IMG/VR virus record: IMGVR_UViG_3300020045_002114
Location: 1 to 38,173 of that record
Direction: 5' to 3' (one strand)
Source: a virus
Lineage: Duplodnaviria; Caudoviricetes
Length of the DNA stretch: 38,173 nt
Shown: piece after piece, positions 23,660 to 33,264 of the stretch
Position numbering within the stretch: position 1 is the stretch's first letter
Layout of the letters: each line of letters starts with the position of its first letter
The notes under the pieces: generated by a model
Database searches by the model: none
Told to the model about the DNA's origin: nothing
Seen by the model: the letters and a program-made list of their open reading frames with translations, nothing else
Made by a program: the position numbers and the translations under genes

Positions 23660-25126
23660 TTATTTTTCAAATCGTAGGAAGACTCCACCGGGGAACGAGA
23701 CCGAAAGCTGCCTGCCAGTCGGCACGGCAACTTCGTCTCGGAAGTCCACCCAGATCAGCGGTCGATCCGCCGTACCGTCATAGATCAGACCGTACCGGGC
23801 CGACAAGCCCGTAGAGCCAATTATGATCCGCTGAATGTCTTCGCACACAAACTCGTAAACCCCGCCGCCCGAAGTCGGGACCACGCCGGTCATGACAACA
23901 CCCCCGGCGGGCCACAAGCCGGTCATGGTCTCGTCTGCGAGGATGGCCGCCAGATCGGTATCGGCGAGATCGAGAACGGCCGTGTCGTCCAGCAGCGTGA
24001 ACATGAGATTTCCCGCGTCGAAGTCGTCGGCCGCGAGGTGCGAGATCGCCGTGTCATAGATGTAGCAGACCGCAGTCTTGGCGATCACGCCCTCGGAGAA
24101 CGCGCCGACCTGCTGATCCGTGACCAGAGCCGAGGCGGCCCCGGCAAGCTCGTCAAAGGTCTCGTCAAGCTGGCGCTCGTAGACCTTGCGTGCGGCGACG
24201 TCCACCAGCAGCATGCCGTCGGCCGAGAAGGACAGGTGCGCCCCGATCCCGGAGATGTCCTGCTTGACGTTGTAGTAGGAGCCCAAGCGCCGGAAGATAC
24301 GAGTCGTGTAGGTCCCGCCGTTCAAGACCGAGACGGCCGCGAGGCGCTGATCCGGCGACATGACGATCTGGCGAACATCCCCGGCGGGCATGGCGAGGTC
24401 CATGATCGTGGACCAGACGCCGCTCTCGTACCGGACGGACAAGACCGAATTGCTGTCGTCACGGGCGATCAGCGCAGCGTAGGCGGCGCTCGACCGGATG
24501 GCCTTGTCGAAGACCATGATGTTCGGGACGATATCGAAATTGACGACAGTGCTGGCCGCCCATGTCGGGGGCCACGTCTGGCCGTTCTGCCGGACGCGCA
24601 TTGTGCAGTTGGCGGCCACGCCCATGATCAGCAGTTGGCCGTCGTCTGGCGCGGCGATGAACGAAGGGCTGGCTTCCGTCGGGATGCTGGTGGCCCCCGT
24701 GTTGGTCGGGCTCCCGGCTTCGTCGCCCAAGATATACCAAGCCCGGAGCGAGCCGCTGCCAATGACGGCGCGGGCCAGAACCTTGCCTTCGTGGGGGCCG
24801 ATCTCGGCCGCGATGAATGGTGCCGTGTTGGAAATGGTGCCTTGGTCGATCCCGAGTTCGGTGCCGATTGCATCGCCGAAGCGATCCGTCTGGGAGACCC
24901 CGAGGACTTCCAAGTCGATAGTGCGGGCCGTGAGCAGTGCGCCGTCTTCGGCGAACCACTGGAGGAGAGGCACGGGAGAGGCACCCGCGTCCAAGCCGGT
25001 CGTGCCGGGATTGTGCGTCAATCCAGACCGGAGACCAATGAGCGTGAAGACGCCTGCGGCAAATTCGTAGATACGAACATCGCCTTCTGCGTCCCACGTT
25101 GCGAGGAGCGGGTTGCCAATCGCCAT
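23660..25126 (-). CDS. virion protein: beta-propeller plus C-terminal small phage tail/fibre subunit-like domain (488 aa)
   Basis: Blades MSPDQRL, FSADGML; C-terminal ARYGLIYD...PLIWVDF motif. Confidence 0.7.
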   Translation of the reverse strand: MAIGNPLLATWDAEGDVRIYEFAAGVFTLIGLRSGLTHNPGTTGLDAGASPVPLLQWFAEDGALLTARTIDLEVLGVSQTDRFGDAIGTELGIDQGTISNTAPFIAAEIGPHEGKVLARAVIGSGSLRAWYILGDEAGSPTNTGATSIPTEASPSFIAAPDDGQLLIMGVAANCTMRVRQNGQTWPPTWAASTVVNFDIVPNIMVFDKAIRSSAAYAALIARDDSNSVLSVRYESGVWSTIMDLAMPAGDVRQIVMSPDQRLAAVSVLNGGTYTTRIFRRLGSYYNVKQDISGIGAHLSFSADGMLLVDVAARKVYERQLDETFDELAGAASALVTDQQVGAFSEGVIAKTAVCYIYDTAISHLAADDFDAGNLMFTLLDDTAVLDLADTDLAAILADETMTGLWPAGGVVMTGVVPTSGGGVYEFVCEDIQRIIIGSTGLSARYGLIYDGTADRPLIWVDFRDEVAVPTGRQLSVSFPGGVFLRFEK

Positions 25127-25131
25127 GACTG

Positions 25132-25560
25132 TTACCAGCCCTTCGGCTGCGTGAACGTGAAGCTCACGATGGAGACTTCGATACCGGAGACGATGGTGGT
25201 CGAAGAGACCTTCATGTCGCCAGCGCCGCCCGTGTCGGTCACGTCTCCGTCGAAGACAGCATTGCCGTCGCCGTCAAACACGCGGAACCACGAAGCCGTG
25301 CCAGCAGCAGCCGCGTTGACGGGATCGACAGCGTTTGCAGTGGCAGTCGCGCCGCCGGAAACAGCAGCCGCATCGCCGAAAGCGGTGGCCGGGAGAACGA
25401 AGTCAACCAGCTTGGTCTGCGAGGAAACGGCCACCGACGGATTTGCCGGGCGGGTGCCGTTGTAGATTTCGACGGAACCGTCGGCCGCGCCGAGATCGAT
25501 TGCGTCAACGATTGCGTTGCACGCGGCAATAGCGGCGAGGTCAGCAAATTTAAGGGCCAT
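25132..25560 (-). CDS. small virion structural protein, candidate fibre subunit (142 aa)
   Basis: AGGAG RBS; EIYNGTRPA, AAGTASWFRV.DG, DGDV...G.DM motifs of a widespread phage structural family. Confidence 0.7.
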   Translation of the reverse strand: MALKFADLAAIAACNAIVDAIDLGAADGSVEIYNGTRPANPSVAVSSQTKLVDFVLPATAFGDAAAVSGGATATANAVDPVNAAAAGTASWFRVFDGDGNAVFDGDVTDTGGAGDMKVSSTTIVSGIEVSIVSFTFTQPKGW

Positions 25561-25618
25561 GAGGAGTCTCCTGCTTGGGTGGGTGTTGCATGCCGGATTC
25601 GCTTTATCTCAAATGTCT

Positions 25619-28600
25619 TTAGGAGGGAATAGACTTCACTCGGAAAGTAACAGTTACGACCGAATAAGGTACGTATGAGATGCTGTAAATCGGGTCGTCA
25701 TCGTCCGGGTCCCAGTGGTAATCCTCCGGGTAGTCCGGGTCAATCACCGGAGGCTCCACCTTGATATCATCATCGTCATCGATCTCGATGTCCGGCAGGT
25801 CGTCGTCATCGTCGCCATCCGGGTCGAGCGGTTCGTCCAGAGTCGTCGGATCGTCCGGGGTCAATTCGTCGTCGTCGCCGTCCGGTTCCAGCGGGAAGAG
25901 ATCGTCCGGGGTCAAGACCACCAAACCGCTGTCGCACTCGTCCCGGAAGGCCACGTCAAGGATGACGCCTTCGTAGTCCCAGTTGATCGTCATGGGGCGC
26001 GGGTTCAGGACATTGGCGTCGTCATCGTGTTTGAAGAACGTAAGCTGTGGAATGCCCCCGTGCGCGACCACCACGTCATCGCACTTGGAGAAGTCTGGAG
26101 GGCCGAACTCTACGAACTTGGTGTCCTGATCGACATAGTAATAGTCCGTGATGAACTCATGTAATGTTATAACATGATCGTTGGTCGCAAGGTGCTCATG
26201 CGTCACCACGAAGTGGGTGTTCCACGGCGAGAAGGCGATGAACGAGTTCGACATCTGCTCCTCCCAGATTTGCCCCCGGAAATCATACCGGGTGTCGCCG
26301 GACACGTCGAAGATCAAGCGGCCGCGAGCAGAGTCCTCGCCTGCATCTGGCGGCAGATCGACGTGGTAGGAGAACACGTTCTCATTGCTGGAGAAGGTCA
26401 GGTCCCGGATTTTCGATCCGATGTTGTGCTGCGTCCACCCGCGCTCGACATAGGTGGCCCCGTCAAGATCGTAGAGGAAGATGAAGCACCCGGCGATGTC
26501 TTTGGAGTTGAAGAAATCAGAACCGATGTTCGGCCGCACCGCGACCTCGGGGCCGTCCGGGCCGGTGAAGACAACGGACTTGCCGGTTGGAGAGTAGAGC
26601 ACGTCGAAGACCTGCGCAGGCGTCCAATCCCCCGAGAACGAAAGTTGAGTGAGTTCGTCGTAAGGTGTATTCGAGAATACGTGATGGGAGTCGCCGTTGC
26701 GCCCGTAGTGCAGAACTGTCCCGTCCGGGTTGTACGTCAAGTAAGACGCCAGTGTCGTGCCGGACAGGGAGAAAGTATTCTCCAGTTCATATGCCGGATA
26801 CGTGGCGAACTGGGAATACAGCCAATAGTTTATCGACGTTCCTGTGTTCTGAAATACCGCGAGCGTGCCAGCGGTCCACAGCAGCCCCGTCGCCGAGGTG
26901 ATGCTCGCCGATGCTGGAGGCGTGTAAATCTCCCAGACAGGAACAGCGTCGGACCCCGTGTTGTGGAAGAACTTCGCGGATGTCGCGGTGCCGTTGGCCG
27001 AGCAGGCGACCGTAAACATCTTCTGGTCTGGCGACAGGTCCGACTGCTGCGGGACCCCGGCGGAAGCTGCGGCGAGGAACTGCCGGAGCGTGAAAACCTT
27101 CGTGCCCATGTTGAACTCGAAAACATGGAGAGAGTAGCCGGTGCCGGTGTTGTTCCGCACATACATAAGCAGGAACTTGCCGTTGTCTGTCCACACGGCC
27201 TCGCCGAACAATTGGTCGTAGCCCGACTGGTACGGGAACGGGCTCGCCTGCGCGGCCCAAGCACCCGAGATGAACTTGAAGTATTTGGGGGTGACCCCGG
27301 CCCCGATGCCGCCATACCCCTGCAACACAAGAACATCATCGTACTCGGGGTGCCAGCGCCCGCTTTGCCGCAACGTGTTCGTGGCGTCGGTCGTGCCGAG
27401 CGAGATCGCAGCGCCGAAAGCAGTCCAAGCCCCGGTCCCGAGATCGCGCTGATAGACTTGCAGCGTCCCGGCGCTGGTGGAAACCGCGTTGTAGGTGATG
27501 GCGCAGAAGCCCCCGTCCTTCGACAGGGAGCAGCCCCGGAGCGTCCCGGAAGGCGGGGTCGGGGCCGTCGCAGCCACCCATGCCGTCCCGTCCCAGTGCC
27601 AGAGCGTCACGGCCGCAGCGACCACCTTCATCAAGTACATGCCGTCCCGCGACATGGCGAGCCCGATGGCCGTGGCGAACCCGGAAGGAGTCACCGTGGC
27701 GAAGGTCTCTGTGGCCGAGTCGAAAGTGTAGGCCGCGTTCACGGTCGCGACCCGGAAACCGTCGCCGCTCCGAACCGGGCGGCCTCCAGTGAGGGGCGCT
27801 GCGGCTGCTGCATAAGGTGCGGTGCCGCCGTCCACGAATGGGTCTGGCGTGATCAAGGTTCGTTCGTAGAGCGCCACCTTGGAGCCGCCACTGGTATGCG
27901 CCATGGCGATCTGCGTTGAGTCCCCCTTGAGCTTGAAGTCCGACGTGTCCCAAGACCCGGCCCCGGCGTTGCTCTCCGTGGTCACCGCGAACCAGAGAGC
28001 GCCCTTGCGAGCGTAGAACCTCGGCATGGCTGTCCCAGAGTTCGGCCTGCCCGTGAGGGCCAGCACATGCCCGTCCGGGGCGTATGCCGCTTTGAGGTCG
28101 GAACCCGCCGATCCGGCGAGCGACTGGATTTCCGTGAACGCCCCGCCCGCGAGGCTGTTGACCTTCGCGTCCACGGCCGATGAAGTCGGGGCGATGATCC
28201 ATTCCTCTTCATCGTCGCTGATCGCCAACAGCGTCCCGGAGGTCGCGCCGCCAACGGGGGCCAACTCGTTCTGGATGTCGAAGAGCTTGAAGCTCGCGGC
28301 CGTTTGAACCACGAAGAAATTGTTCAGCGGTGAAATCCAAATCTTAGATACCGTCGCGCCGGAGGAGAGCACGTCTGCATCCAGCAGCCATTCGCCTTCC
28401 GGGTCTAGCTCTTCATCGCTGGACCACCGATAGGCCCGGACATCTCCGGCCGCTGTCGAGAAGGTGCATGCGAAGTACCTGCCGCCTTTGGAGAAGCACC
28501 CGACCGGGACGTTCACCGGGGCGTCCGGCAGGTCTTCCGTGATGTTCGTATCGCGATAGAAGAGCGCAGTTTTTTCGAACATGGTCGGATTCCGAACGCC

Positions 28601-28891
28601 GTTCGCGCCGAAGAAAAGGAACCGATCGTTGTAGTTGAAAACCCGGATGCCGCCGGTAGGAACCAGATCGGCCCCGCCGGGCGTACCGAGTGCCACGACA
28701 TCCTCGGCCCGGAGATCGCTCACAAGGGCCAGCTTCTCAAGAGACTTCGTGGCCTTCATCTTCCGGGGCGTGGCGGCGAGCTTGGAGTAAATCCCCAAGA
28801 TCAGTCCGGGGTCGCCAGCGTAGGTCCGCTTCACCAGTTCCAGATAGGGGTCAGTTGCCAGAGGCGTCCCAACCAGATTGTTGACGGTCAT
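25619..28891 (-). CDS. large multi-beta-propeller virion protein, candidate receptor-binding protein, with D/P-rich tail (about 1090 aa)
   Basis: Start at ATG 28891 by ATGA overlap; repeated SxDG blade motifs; acidic C-terminal linker. Confidence 0.75.
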   Translation of the reverse strand: MTVNNLVGTPLATDPYLELVKRTYAGDPGLILGIYSKLAATPRKMKATKSLEKLALVSDLRAEDVVALGTPGGADLVPTGGIRVFNYNDRFLFFGANGVRNPTMFEKTALFYRDTNITEDLPDAPVNVPVGCFSKGGRYFACTFSTAAGDVRAYRWSSDEELDPEGEWLLDADVLSSGATVSKIWISPLNNFFVVQTAASFKLFDIQNELAPVGGATSGTLLAISDDEEEWIIAPTSSAVDAKVNSLAGGAFTEIQSLAGSAGSDLKAAYAPDGHVLALTGRPNSGTAMPRFYARKGALWFAVTTESNAGAGSWDTSDFKLKGDSTQIAMAHTSGGSKVALYERTLITPDPFVDGGTAPYAAAAAPLTGGRPVRSGDGFRVATVNAAYTFDSATETFATVTPSGFATAIGLAMSRDGMYLMKVVAAAVTLWHWDGTAWVAATAPTPPSGTLRGCSLSKDGGFCAITYNAVSTSAGTLQVYQRDLGTGAWTAFGAAISLGTTDATNTLRQSGRWHPEYDDVLVLQGYGGIGAGVTPKYFKFISGAWAAQASPFPYQSGYDQLFGEAVWTDNGKFLLMYVRNNTGTGYSLHVFEFNMGTKVFTLRQFLAAASAGVPQQSDLSPDQKMFTVACSANGTATSAKFFHNTGSDAVPVWEIYTPPASASITSATGLLWTAGTLAVFQNTGTSINYWLYSQFATYPAYELENTFSLSGTTLASYLTYNPDGTVLHYGRNGDSHHVFSNTPYDELTQLSFSGDWTPAQVFDVLYSPTGKSVVFTGPDGPEVAVRPNIGSDFFNSKDIAGCFIFLYDLDGATYVERGWTQHNIGSKIRDLTFSSNENVFSYHVDLPPDAGEDSARGRLIFDVSGDTRYDFRGQIWEEQMSNSFIAFSPWNTHFVVTHEHLATNDHVITLHEFITDYYYVDQDTKFVEFGPPDFSKCDDVVVAHGGIPQLTFFKHDDDANVLNPRPMTINWDYEGVILDVAFRDECDSGLVVLTPDDLFPLEPDGDDDELTPDDPTTLDEPLDPDGDDDDDLPDIEIDDDDDIKVEPPVIDPDYPEDYHWDPDDDDPIYSISYVPYSVVTVTFRVKSIPS

Positions 28892-29670
28892 AGAAGCTCT
28901 CCTGCGATAGATACTGTCACGCCGTAGCGCACGCTGCCTTCGTTCGGTGCCCGAAGCTCCAGCAGGTCGCCCGCGTTGAAAATCGTGTCGTTGAACATGG
29001 TGACTCCGCTGCTGTAGTCGCTCTTCCACGCGGTGCCGACCCACACCCCATTCTTGTACAATTCGAGCGGCTTGATCCCGGACGTATACCAGCCGCGTAC
29101 ACGGGAGCTATAGGACTTGGTGTAGAGACGGAAGGGCTCCACGACGGTATGGACGGCGAGGGTCCGGCTCTTGCGCGTCTCTGACACGAAGAATGAAATC
29201 TCGATCTGATCCACATACTCCTGCCACTGGGCCAGCCCGTCGATCCCGGAAGCGTCACCCGCGCCTGTGTTGCGCCCGAAGAAGACGCGATCTGCAATGG
29301 CGATAGTCCGGGAGCCGACGAACAGGTAGTATGCCTTGTCGGCGTCCGTGCCGGGGATGTCGTAGCAGAGAGCCGTCGGCACGTCGGAAACCCAAGGCTC
29401 TTTGGTCGAGTGATCTATCTCGGAGACGAAGGCTTTCAGGACTGGCGAGTAGTAGGGGTAGTAGGGCTCCGAGCGCCAGAACACGTAGGACGCCGACCAG
29501 AAGGCCAGCCATTCGAACGAGTTGTTCATGTCCTCGTCCCACATCTGCTCGCCGGTCTGCCAGCCCGCACGAAGCACGCCGTCGGCCCCGGAGACCGCGA
29601 AAGAATGATCCGGGTAGCTGACCTCATTCAGGTCATGGTAGGTCCTCTCTGGCCGGTAGTAGTCCATCAA
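28888..29670 (-). CDS. tail protein; C-terminal domain paralogous to that of the adjacent 29667-30407 gene (260 aa)
   Basis: KNGVWVGT...GVTVSIAGE versus KGGVSVGT...GVNVTICGE. Confidence 0.65.
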   Translation of the reverse strand: MMDYYRPERTYHDLNEVSYPDHSFAVSGADGVLRAGWQTGEQMWDEDMNNSFEWLAFWSASYVFWRSEPYYPYYSPVLKAFVSEIDHSTKEPWVSDVPTALCYDIPGTDADKAYYLFVGSRTIAIADRVFFGRNTGAGDASGIDGLAQWQEYVDQIEISFFVSETRKSRTLAVHTVVEPFRLYTKSYSSRVRGWYTSGIKPLELYKNGVWVGTAWKSDYSSGVTMFNDTIFNAGDLLELRAPNEGSVRYGVTVSIAGELL

Positions 29671-30407
29671 TCAATGCTCCTGATCTCGCCGCAGATCGTG
29701 ACGTTGACACCCTCGATCAGGAACGTGTCCACCGGGGAGGAGATCGTCAGAACGTTGGCCTGCGTGTACATCGACTCTTCCACAGCCGGGAGCACCACGA
29801 CCTCGGAAGGGATCGACACCGTGCCGTCAGTGGCCCCTGCCGTGAAGGTCACGGTCCCGACCGAAACCCCGCCCTTGGAGATCGTCAGCACGACCGTCGC
29901 CGTCGGGGCGATCTCGCAGAAGGCTCCCGAGCCCGGCGCTCCAGCCTCGATCACGAACTCCTGCGTGGCGACATAGGAGAAGATCGTCTTGCGCGGCCGC
30001 AGCCGATAGGGGGCGTAGAATGAGAACTCACGCGGGATCGCCCGGTGGCTCTTCTCCGGGTCCCAGAGCATCTGCCATTCGCCGAGGTTCGTATAGACGA
30101 ACCATTTGTTCAGATCGCGCACCAGCATGACCAAGCCGACCGTCTGCGTGATGACATACCATTCGGCCGGGTATGTGGTCTCGCCGTCGTTGAACTCGTC
30201 CACCCAGACGCAGACGCGCCCGTTCGCCGGGTTGATGTAGACATCCCCGACCGACGCCGAGGACGGGAGCGGGGTCGTCATGCTCAAGACCGCCCCCTGA
30301 ATCAGGGCACCGAACTTGATGATCTGCTCGTTCATTTTCGCGCCCCATGTGTTGGAGCGCTTGGCGATCTGGTTCCACTGGGCGGCCGATCCGATATTTT
30401 TAGTCAT
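29667..30407 (-). CDS. DUF2793-like tail fibre attachment protein (246 aa)
   Basis: WG..MNE...V.S...P.S...GDVYI...W pattern; lies directly after the tail tip gene. Confidence 0.6.
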   Translation of the reverse strand: MTKNIGSAAQWNQIAKRSNTWGAKMNEQIIKFGALIQGAVLSMTTPLPSSASVGDVYINPANGRVCVWVDEFNDGETTYPAEWYVITQTVGLVMLVRDLNKWFVYTNLGEWQMLWDPEKSHRAIPREFSFYAPYRLRPRKTIFSYVATQEFVIEAGAPGSGAFCEIAPTATVVLTISKGGVSVGTVTFTAGATDGTVSIPSEVVVLPAVEESMYTQANVLTISSPVDTFLIEGVNVTICGEIRSID

Positions 30408-32829
30408 TGTCCACCTCTATTGCGCTGGTCGGCAGACGGCCCACCAAGTCCACATCCTCGATCTCGGTCAAGGCCCCGCCTTCCGGCCAGCCGCCCCACA
30501 GGTAGCCATAATCCGAACCGTAGCCCTTGTAGTACAGGCGCAGTTCGATAGACATCCCTTGCAGAGACTCGATGCCCTCCGGGATGTCGGGGTGTGGCCT
30601 CCGGGAGATGAACTTGAGCTTGATCCGGGTGAAGCGTGCCGTCGTTTCCACGATGTTGAACTGGTGGCTGGTTCCGGTCAAGCCGGTGATCCGAGCGATC
30701 TCCTCGCCATCCCCGATGGTCGCGATGATCTCTGTCGTCTGGCCGTCCTCGGGGTCCACGTCGGCGTCGTCCCATGCCAGCCAGACCTGATCTTCCGAGT
30801 CGCGGTTCCGGCGGGACCATGTGCAATTGATCAGCCAGTCACGCGGCTCATGCTCATTGGCGAACATGTCCGACGTGTTGGGCCGGATGAACTGGTCCTG
30901 AAACTCCGTGCCGAACATGGTGGCTTCGACCTTGACGTTGGCCGGGCGGTATGGGCGGTAGGGGCGATCCGGCCGGGTGGTCGTGACCTCGTTTGAGAAG
31001 TCAGAGATGCCGAGGCTGGTGCGGACCTTGAACTTGTATTTCTCCGGCGTGTCGGCGAAGCGGGCCGACCAGTCGTAGCCGGAATAGTTGTTCGCGTGAA
31101 TGATGATCCGGGTGTTCGCTCCCCACTTCTCGGCCGGGATCGTGTCGAGCACGCCGCGACGAATGCGCCACACGTTCTCGCCGAGGTACGACTGGAAGAC
31201 GAACAGTTCGTCGGTGAACTCGTCCGCGCCGAGGAACATGCCGAGCCAGCCGACCTGCGGCCAATCGCCGGGTCCGATAGTCGGCAGCACCGTGATCGTG
31301 GACACGACCTCCTGCCCGATCTCTTCGACCAGACGGGTGTGGCCGACGACGCGCTTCTCGCCGATGGAGCGCCACTCGGATTCGCCGAGGGTGTTCACGC
31401 TCTCCCGGTACGCGATATAATAGTTCAGGTCGTACTGGTCGTCCGTGGGCAGGACGTAGGTGTTGATCGCGATCTGGTTATACTCGGAGTCGGTCAGGTC
31501 GTAGCCGGGCGCAGAACGGCGGTTGATGATCGACTTAGGGGTGGCGCGGAACAGGTACTCGACGTTCACCAGAAGCTCGTCTGGGTCCTGTTCTGGCGGC
31601 TCCCATTCCGTCTCCGGGGGCTCCTCGTATCTGGCGAATGGCAGGCCGAAGACATCTTCGACGCAGGACAGCGTGATCTCTGCATCGTCAACCGTGCCCC
31701 AGTCGATCTCCAGCACCCGGAGGATCACATTCTCGATATTGCGGGCAGGCCATTTAAGCTTGAACAGAGCGCCGGGCAGGAACTTCTCGACAGCCCGATT
31801 GACCCGGATGCTCGCCGTAGCCAGCGGGGTCGCCGCCTCGCGAAGCTCCCGCGAGCAGACAGTGGAGCCCAACTCTTTGCTGCGGATGCCATGGAACTGC
31901 CGGGTCTCGGAAACCACGTCGCCCTGCATGGCGATGTTGCCGAGGTCTTGATAGGTGATCGTCTCCACTTCCTCGGTCTTGGGGTTCGTCCACTCGACCA
32001 CGATCTCATTGATCGTCTCGCCCCAGAGCGGCCGACGGAAGCTCTCCAGCACGCAGTTGTCAGGGCCAAGCTCCGGCAGATCGTCCGGGTTGTAGTCGTC
32101 CCGCAGCAGGCGGATGTTCAGCTTGCCGGTGAACGGGTTGAAGAAGACCAGCCCGTTGATGTGGTTCACCACGTCCTGCACGAAGTCTTCGACCGGCGAC
32201 TGGCCGTCCCAGAGCAGCGACAGGCCAAACTCTTCGTCATGCAAGACCTGTGCCACGTCCTTGAACTGCTGCTCGGCGATCTGCGACGGCAGGCCGCCCA
32301 TGAGGTTCGGGTGGACCAGCGCCTCGTAGATCATGTGCGAAGGATTGGAGTCGAGGTTCTTGCCGTTGGGCGTGGGGATGACGGCGACGTTCGTAGACAG
32401 CAAGCGCTGCCGGTTGCGGAACCGGGCGTAGATCGCCGGGACCGACGGCGTGTTGCACCCCACCGCGAAGCCCTTGGCCCCGGTGTTGTCGTCGCCATAG
32501 AACCACAGGATCGCCTGCCCGCGCATGCCCGGCATGGTGTTGGGTGTCAGCCCCACTCGGTCGGCAAGGCTCTGGGGCGACTTCTGGTCCGGGCCGCCGG
32601 GCATGTATTCGATAGCCCCGACAAGACCGCCCTCCCGGAGATTGCCGCCGAAGAGATCACCCTTGTTCACATGGATGGTCGTGCCGGTGGCGTAGGTCTC
32701 GCCTTCCTCCAGCAGGTTCTTGTCCTTGACCACGATCTGCACAAGCTCGTCCACCGGCCCCTGCACGAAGCCGAGGAGCATGGAGATGTAATATTCGACG
32801 TAAGGTACGCCGTCAGGTTTCTTGCCCAC
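30400..32829 (-). CDS. tail tip / host-specificity J-like (Phage-tail_3) protein (809 aa)
   Basis: GPVDEL, DLFGG..REGG, NPSHMIYE, L..E.FGLS, LLRDDY, NEIVV.W, RGVLDTIP motifs. Confidence 0.85.
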   Translation of the reverse strand: MGKKPDGVPYVEYYISMLLGFVQGPVDELVQIVVKDKNLLEEGETYATGTTIHVNKGDLFGGNLREGGLVGAIEYMPGGPDQKSPQSLADRVGLTPNTMPGMRGQAILWFYGDDNTGAKGFAVGCNTPSVPAIYARFRNRQRLLSTNVAVIPTPNGKNLDSNPSHMIYEALVHPNLMGGLPSQIAEQQFKDVAQVLHDEEFGLSLLWDGQSPVEDFVQDVVNHINGLVFFNPFTGKLNIRLLRDDYNPDDLPELGPDNCVLESFRRPLWGETINEIVVEWTNPKTEEVETITYQDLGNIAMQGDVVSETRQFHGIRSKELGSTVCSRELREAATPLATASIRVNRAVEKFLPGALFKLKWPARNIENVILRVLEIDWGTVDDAEITLSCVEDVFGLPFARYEEPPETEWEPPEQDPDELLVNVEYLFRATPKSIINRRSAPGYDLTDSEYNQIAINTYVLPTDDQYDLNYYIAYRESVNTLGESEWRSIGEKRVVGHTRLVEEIGQEVVSTITVLPTIGPGDWPQVGWLGMFLGADEFTDELFVFQSYLGENVWRIRRGVLDTIPAEKWGANTRIIIHANNYSGYDWSARFADTPEKYKFKVRTSLGISDFSNEVTTTRPDRPYRPYRPANVKVEATMFGTEFQDQFIRPNTSDMFANEHEPRDWLINCTWSRRNRDSEDQVWLAWDDADVDPEDGQTTEIIATIGDGEEIARITGLTGTSHQFNIVETTARFTRIKLKFISRRPHPDIPEGIESLQGMSIELRLYYKGYGSDYGYLWGGWPEGGALTEIEDVDLVGRLPTSAIEVDND

Positions 32830-33028
32830 GTCGAGCCTCCCGGAGTTTCAGCACCAATTCGACCAAGGCCGGGTTTAGCGTCCGGGCCACTTCGATAGGC
32901 ATTCCTGTTTTCACATACTGCTTCCAGCCCGGCATTCGTTCGTTCAGCCAGCGGCGTTGCCCCTTGGCGCACTGCCCGGCAGAGACCACTTCGGACATCG
33001 TGATCGGGGCTTCCTGTTCGTCGCTCAC
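32813..33028 (-). CDS. small tail assembly protein (71 aa)
   Basis: CAKGQRRW...W..YVKTG.P; conserved position before the tip gene in Chi-like tail modules. Confidence 0.65.
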   Translation of the reverse strand: MSDEQEAPITMSEVVSAGQCAKGQRRWLNERMPGWKQYVKTGMPIEVARTLNPALVELVLKLREARRGQET

Positions 33029-33258
33029 TTCTTCTTATCCCCGCTGGTGTCTTCCAAATTTTTGTACTGCTTGTCCCACCATCCGAGGAAGTTGGGGGCC
33101 TTGATCGTCATGTCACCGAAGAGGAAGGGCCGGACCCGGCCGCCCTCGGCCGTTGGTGATTCCATCTCTTGGGTCTTGGTCTTGGGGCTCGGCTCTTTTG
33201 GCATGAGAAGGTAGCCGAGGATCATGAGCGCCAGCCCGAACAGTATGTTTAGAAGCAT
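33025..33258 (-). CDS. small tail assembly protein (77 aa)
   Basis: Hydrophobic N-terminus then PTAEGGR..P.LFG...I..PN.LGW. Confidence 0.7.
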   Translation of the reverse strand: MLLNILFGLALMILGYLLMPKEPSPKTKTQEMESPTAEGGRVRPFLFGDMTIKAPNFLGWWDKQYKNLEDTSGDKKK

Positions 33259-33264
33259 GACATG

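Noticed and set aside
28892-29044. N-terminal extension of the 25619 ORF to 29044
   Set aside because: It overlaps the upstream gene and is Arg-rich nonsense; the ATGA overlap supports a start at 28891
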